Origin: a virus
Length of the DNA: 36,639 nucleotides
Reading direction: 5' to 3' (one strand)
IMG/VR virus record: IMGVR_UViG_3300021579_000004
Span: 1-36,639 of that record
Positions within the stretch are counted from its first letter, which is position 1; each line of letters opens with the position of its first letter. Position numbers and translations under genes: made by a program. This document shows, in pieces, positions 33,244-36,639 of this stretch. Under the pieces are notes generated by a model. That model was not told where the DNA came from. It saw nothing but the letters and a program-made list of their open reading frames with translations, and did no database searches.

Positions 33244-33779
33244 AAGAGCGTCCTATTATTTTCAGCGGCAAGATGGTGCGTGCCTTGCTCGATGGAAGCA
33301 AGACGCAGACTCGGCGGGTGGTTAAGCCGCAGCCAAGTTTTTTCGGATCAATGACTAACCCAAATACACCATTCAAGACGATTGATTACGGACTGCATTG
33401 CCAAATTCGCTGCCCCTACGGAGAACCAGGCGACCGGCTTTGGGTGCGGGAGAACTGGCAATCACACTTGGGGCCATATGCAGAGTCGATAATTTACGCC
33501 TACAAGGTGACAGATGATGAGCGCCTTGGTCCATGGAAACCAAGCATCTATATGCCCCGCTGTGCCAGCCGCATCACGCTGGAGGTGACTGATGTGCGCT
33601 TGGAGCGCTTGCAGAACATCAGCGAGGCAGATGCACAGGCTGAAGGATTTTCCTATTCATCAATACCACTTGAGCAGTATCGGTGGGTATGGGAAATCGC
33701 CAACGGCTTGGGATCATGGGCTGTTAATCCGTGGGTGTGGGTAGTTAAATTTAAACGTGTTGATAAGGAAACCAAATGA
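33240..33779 (+). CDS. ASCH-domain-like protein
   Basis: PIIFSGKMVRALLDGSKTQTRRVVKP...CPYGEPGDRLWVRENW...PSIYMPRCASRITLEVTDVRLERLQNISEADAQAEG. Confidence 0.6.
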   Translation: MKERPIIFSGKMVRALLDGSKTQTRRVVKPQPSFFGSMTNPNTPFKTIDYGLHCQIRCPYGEPGDRLWVRENWQSHLGPYAESIIYAYKVTDDERLGPWKPSIYMPRCASRITLEVTDVRLERLQNISEADAQAEGFSYSSIPLEQYRWVWEIANGLGSWAVNPWVWVVKFKRVDKETK

Positions 33780-33904
33780 CCATCACCCTACCAATCTGGG
33801 CGCTATGGGCGCTTGGTGCCTGGGGCGTTGTTAGCCTCCTGGTGTGCGTGTTTCTGTTTTGGGTGTTCCTGGCTATTGCGCTGGGGATGCGCGGAGGGGT
33901 TTGA
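33776..33904 (+). CDS. Small hydrophobic protein (42 aa)
   Basis: ATGA-coupled. The product is MTITLPIWALWALGAWGVVSLLVCVFLFWVFLAIALGM. Confidence 0.4.
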   Translation: MTITLPIWALWALGAWGVVSLLVCVFLFWVFLAIALGMRGGV

Positions 33905-33905
33905 A

Positions 33906-34142
33906 GTGAAACTTGCAGATATCAAATTTGGGTTCGAACCGGACACGCACCGCGTATGCATCGGGACTGTGAGCGAACAAGACCCTGGCGTGTGGACAGA
34001 GAAGCGATATGTCGTGAACGAAATGTGCCATGTGATTCTTGGGTGGATCGGGCCGGATGGTGTTTTGGCAATTGAAGCCAAAAACGGCGCACGCTTCCGC
34101 TTCGAGGTGACGGTGAAACAGGTTGAAGCGGGAGAGATTTGA
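33906..34142 (+). CDS. Hypothetical protein (78 aa, GTG start)
   Basis: GGAGGGG RBS before the GTG at 33906. The track ORF from 33813 overlaps the small TM ORF. Confidence 0.45.
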   Translation: MKLADIKFGFEPDTHRVCIGTVSEQDPGVWTEKRYVVNEMCHVILGWIGPDGVLAIEAKNGARFRFEVTVKQVEAGEI

Positions 34143-34143
34143 A

Positions 34144-34395
34144 ATGGCAATAATCAAATGGTACAAGGGCAATCCGCCTAGTGTCGGGTGGTATTGGGGA
34201 TCAACGTCTAAGGGGGGATGGTACTGGAGGTGGTGGAACGGCTCTGTGTGGAGTCTGCCAGTGCTAGAAACCGATTCTCCACAGCACATAAACCGCCGTG
34301 CATCGTTTTTATCGCCTTTAAGCACAGACACTATTTGGTGGTCAGACTACTGGCCAGAAGGAGCCAGAGTGCCGGATACTAGGGGGTTGAAATGA
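34144..34395 (+). CDS. Trp-rich hypothetical protein
   Basis: The product is MAIIKWYKGNPPSVGWYWGSTSKGGWYWRWWNGSVWSLP. Confidence 0.5.
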   Translation: MAIIKWYKGNPPSVGWYWGSTSKGGWYWRWWNGSVWSLPVLETDSPQHINRRASFLSPLSTDTIWWSDYWPEGARVPDTRGLK

Positions 34396-34580
34396 CCATC
34401 TCATGCAAACACGGCAGCCTGCAAAGAAGCTGCGAGACATGCGAACTGGAAGCGCATTGTGCCCATCTGGAGCGTTTGCTACGGGAGGCATTTGCCGCTA
34501 TCTTTTATGCACACTATGAAAAAAACTTCGACACCAGAACACGAAAACTGATGGAAGAAATTAAGGAGGTTTTGAAATGA
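34392..34580 (+). CDS. Small Cys-motif protein
   Basis: ATGA-coupled. It contains CKHGSLQRSCETCELE. Confidence 0.5.
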   Translation: MTISCKHGSLQRSCETCELEAHCAHLERLLREAFAAIFYAHYEKNFDTRTRKLMEEIKEVLK

Positions 34581-34960
34581 GCGCAGCGCCTGCACTAGCA
34601 ATCAGCGCGTCGGTTCACGCAGCCGCTGCGAATCAACAATCGCATGAAGCGAAAGTGGTGGCCTGCAAGGCGTACCTACCAACGTTCAATGCGCAGACCG
34701 CCACCATCGCGGAGGCAAGACAGTACGCGGATTGTGTTTCGCTGGTGTATCCGCACCAGGCATCTGGCGAGACTGTGCTATTAGGCAAAGCGCTCATTGT
34801 GTGCCTGCTGGTTGGCGCTGCGGTCGGCGCAGTCAGAGGGTACAAAGAAGATGGCGCAGTAGGTTCCGCGATGTGTGCCGTTCTGTTTGCGGGGATCGTA
34901 TTTTCACTGGCGATAGCGCTGTGCCTGATTGTAGTGGGCGTAGGGTACCTGTTCACCTAA
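34577..34960 (+). CDS. Membrane protein (signal-like N-terminus, 2 C-terminal TM)
   Basis: MSAAPALAISASVHAAAA at the N-terminus, then LLGKALIVCLLVGAAVGAV and MCAVLFAGIVFSLAIALCLIVVGVGYLF. Confidence 0.55.
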   Translation: MSAAPALAISASVHAAAANQQSHEAKVVACKAYLPTFNAQTATIAEARQYADCVSLVYPHQASGETVLLGKALIVCLLVGAAVGAVRGYKEDGAVGSAMCAVLFAGIVFSLAIALCLIVVGVGYLFT

Positions 34961-34969
34961 AGGAAGCAA

Positions 34970-35668
34970 ATGAAAACAATCGCAGAAATCAAACTACTCG
35001 ACCACGGATACCTACGATTCATTGAATCCTGGGGCTCTGACGAGCGAATCATCGAAGCCGCCCGTATGTCCACGGACAAGGGCTTCCAAGGCTGGGACAC
35101 GGATATGCGCTTGCTGTCCTATCTGTACGACCATAAACACTCAACGCCGTTCGAGATGGCTGGCATCGTGGTCGAGGTCAAGGCTCCTCTCTTCATCTTC
35201 AGCGAATGGCAGCGCCACCGCACGCAGAGCTACAACGAGATGAGCGCACGATATATCCCCATACCGGATGAGCACTACTTGCCAACCATCGAGCGCATCA
35301 TGGAAGGCGCGAACACATCCACGACTAATAAGCAGGCGCAGGGGGTGACAGGCACACAAATGACATGGTCAAAGGCTGTTGATGCACAGAATGCTATGCT
35401 AGGTGCGTATTACACAACGCAACGCGCTTATGCTGGCCTGCTGGCTCTTGGCGTCACAAAAGAACTGGCCCGCCTTCCAATCACTGTCGCCCGATACAGC
35501 AAAATGCGGGCAAGCGCAAACCTACGCAACCGGCTGGCCTTCATGACCCTGAGAAGCGACCCGAGCGCACAGTGGGAGATTCGCCAGTACTCAGACGCGA
35601 TAGGGCAGCTTGTGAAAGAACTGTTTCCCCGCACTTGGTCAAAATTTGCAGAAGGCCAAACGAAATGA
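34970..35668 (+). CDS. thyX: FAD-dependent thymidylate synthase ThyX
   Basis: HSTPFEMAGIVVEVKAPLFIFSEWQRHRTQSYNEMSARY contains the ThyX RHR...S-x-N-E-x-S-x-RY motif. Confidence 0.9.
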   Translation: MKTIAEIKLLDHGYLRFIESWGSDERIIEAARMSTDKGFQGWDTDMRLLSYLYDHKHSTPFEMAGIVVEVKAPLFIFSEWQRHRTQSYNEMSARYIPIPDEHYLPTIERIMEGANTSTTNKQAQGVTGTQMTWSKAVDAQNAMLGAYYTTQRAYAGLLALGVTKELARLPITVARYSKMRASANLRNRLAFMTLRSDPSAQWEIRQYSDAIGQLVKELFPRTWSKFAEGQTK

Positions 35669-35685
35669 AAACGAAGGAGAAAGAA

Positions 35686-35841
35686 ATGGAACAAGCCAAA
35701 AAATCCGAGCTTTACAGCCGCCCAAACTACAAGCCTGAGCCATCCTATACCCGGCCTGGCTCTATGGACGCCTACGCGCTTCCAAGCCGCGCATTCGGCC
35801 AGCTGCGCTATCGTGATGGACGAGTTGAAAAAATCTCATGA
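35686..35841 (+). CDS. Small hypothetical protein (51 aa)
   Basis: AAGGAG RBS 6 nt before the ATG at 35686. An alternative ATG at 35665 is ATGA-coupled to thyX. Confidence 0.45.
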   Translation: MEQAKKSELYSRPNYKPEPSYTRPGSMDAYALPSRAFGQLRYRDGRVEKIS

Positions 35842-35945
35842 GCCATGAGCAGGCTATGCGCGTTCTGGATGCTGTGAAAGATGGGGTCTTGTATCCATCA
35901 CACATCGTCGATGAGGCGCTGAGATTGACGGGTGATCTTGAGTGA
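35838..35945 (+). CDS. Small hypothetical protein (35 aa)
   Basis: ATGA-coupled. MSHEQAMRVLDAVKDGVLYPSHIVDEALRLTGDLE matches a recurrent small phage protein pattern. Confidence 0.45.
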   Translation: MSHEQAMRVLDAVKDGVLYPSHIVDEALRLTGDLE

Positions 35946-35948
35946 AAC

Positions 35949-35969
35949 CCCGGGAGTTTTGCTCCCGGG
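35949..35969 (+). terminator. GC-rich hairpin after the last small gene
   Basis: CCCGGGAG-ttttg-CTCCCGGG. There is no U-tract after it, so it is weak as an intrinsic terminator. Confidence 0.3.
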
Positions 35970-36088
35970 ATTCCATGCCTTCACCACAAAGGAGTGCGGG
36001 AAAACCCTAACCCGCACCATAAATTTAGCATAACCTTGAATTGGCTGTGCAATAATTCTCCATCCCTTGGCGGGGATACATAGCAGCA

Positions 36089-36167
36089 AGCCCTAGACGG
36101 CACTCTGCTGGCGCTGCGCCAGTCCGCCAACATCGCAAGATGAGAGTGTCGCCTAGGGCTTTTTTTT
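36089..36167 (+). terminator. Long structured element ending in a stem plus T7 tract, just upstream of the replication gene
   Basis: AGCCCTAG (36089-36096) pairs with CTAGGGCT (36153-36160), followed by TTTTTTT. The inner hairpin is CTGGC-gctgc-GCCAG, with additional CACTCT/AGAGTG pairing. Confidence 0.45.
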
Positions 36168-36176
36168 GGGCTTTTT

Positions 36177-36639
36177 ATGGCTGGCGATTGGATCAAAATG
36201 CGCGGAAATTTGTGGGATGACCCAAGAATTTCCAAAATTTGCGACCTAACAGACCAGGGTGAAGCGGCCATTATTGGCGGTCTTTACTGGCTCTGGGCGA
36301 CCGCAGATCAGCACACGGAAGACGGGATTTTGCCCGGTTTGACCGCAAAATCTATCGATAGAAAGACAGGAATTGATGGTTTTTCAGATGCTTTAATCAC
36401 GATTGGATGGCTTGAAGATAATCCTGAAGGCGTGCAAATTATCGATTTTCACAAGCACAACGGCGTTTCGGCGAAGAAGCGTTCGGAAACCGCAAAACGC
36501 GTCGCAAGCCACAGAAACAAAGGCTTTCCCGCCTCTGACGAAAACCAATGTAACGCAACTAGCGTTACAAAAAGCGTACATGCGCGTTACGAAAACGTTA
36601 CAGGTGCGTTAGCTAGAGAAGAGAAGAGAAGAGAAGATA
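36177..36639 (+). CDS. Replication initiator / replisome organizer, 5' part (runs off the window end and continues at nt 128)
   Basis: First ATG after an in-frame TGA at 36141. The product starts MAGDWIKMRGNLWDDPRISKICDLTDQGEAAIIGGLYWLWATAD, and there is no stop before the window end. Confidence 0.7.
   Translation, partial: MAGDWIKMRGNLWDDPRISKICDLTDQGEAAIIGGLYWLWATADQHTEDGILPGLTAKSIDRKTGIDGFSDALITIGWLEDNPEGVQIIDFHKHNGVSAKKRSETAKRVASHRNKGFPASDENQCNATSVTKSVHARYENVTGALAREEKRRED
36513..36639. repeat. Terminal direct repeat identical to 1..127
   Basis: Exact 127-nt match to the window start. Confidence 0.95.

Noticed and set aside
35946-36176. tRNA or tmRNA in the structured gap
   Set aside because: I could not fold a cloverleaf. 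There is no GTTCGAATC-like T-loop and no acceptor/anticodon arrangement.

Overview
The window is a complete, circularly closed dsDNA phage genome. It has 36,512 unique bp, and nt 1..127 recur exactly at 36513..36639. Gene content points to a podovirus-type virion, similar in layout to epsilon15/BPP-1/T7-type phages, combined with lambdoid-style replication and recombination genes. All genes lie on two arms that diverge from one ~127-bp control region (29828..29954) and converge near 7016..7045. The + arm (29955, through the junction, to 7019) carries early genes: many small ORFs, ThyX, an O-like replication initiator with an internal iteron origin, a P-like protein, DUF3310, a RuvC-like resolvase, ERF, a PD-(D/E)XK exonuclease, SSB, MazG and NinB. 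The - arm (29803 down to 7016) carries terS, terL and portal, then an unusual six-gene block, then scaffold and major capsid. After these come tail tubular A/B-like proteins, three large internal/ejection proteins, the tail fiber, membrane proteins, a holin and a GH24 endolysin. No integrase, CI-type repressor, polymerase, tRNA or CRISPR array is evident. The strongest finding is a 295-nt ORF-less group I intron that splits the major capsid gene. It has P, Q, R and S core elements, P1 and P10 guide pairings and a terminal G. An AT-rich free-standing homing-endonuclease-like gene sits 35 nt downstream of the same capsid gene. Other notable points are a lambda-like ori inside the replication gene, a 15 x 12-nt in-frame tandem repeat in an Imm5-like early gene, a repeat-rich virion-module protein, and no recognisable spanin. 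All calls come from reading the sequence and remembered family motifs; no database search was run.
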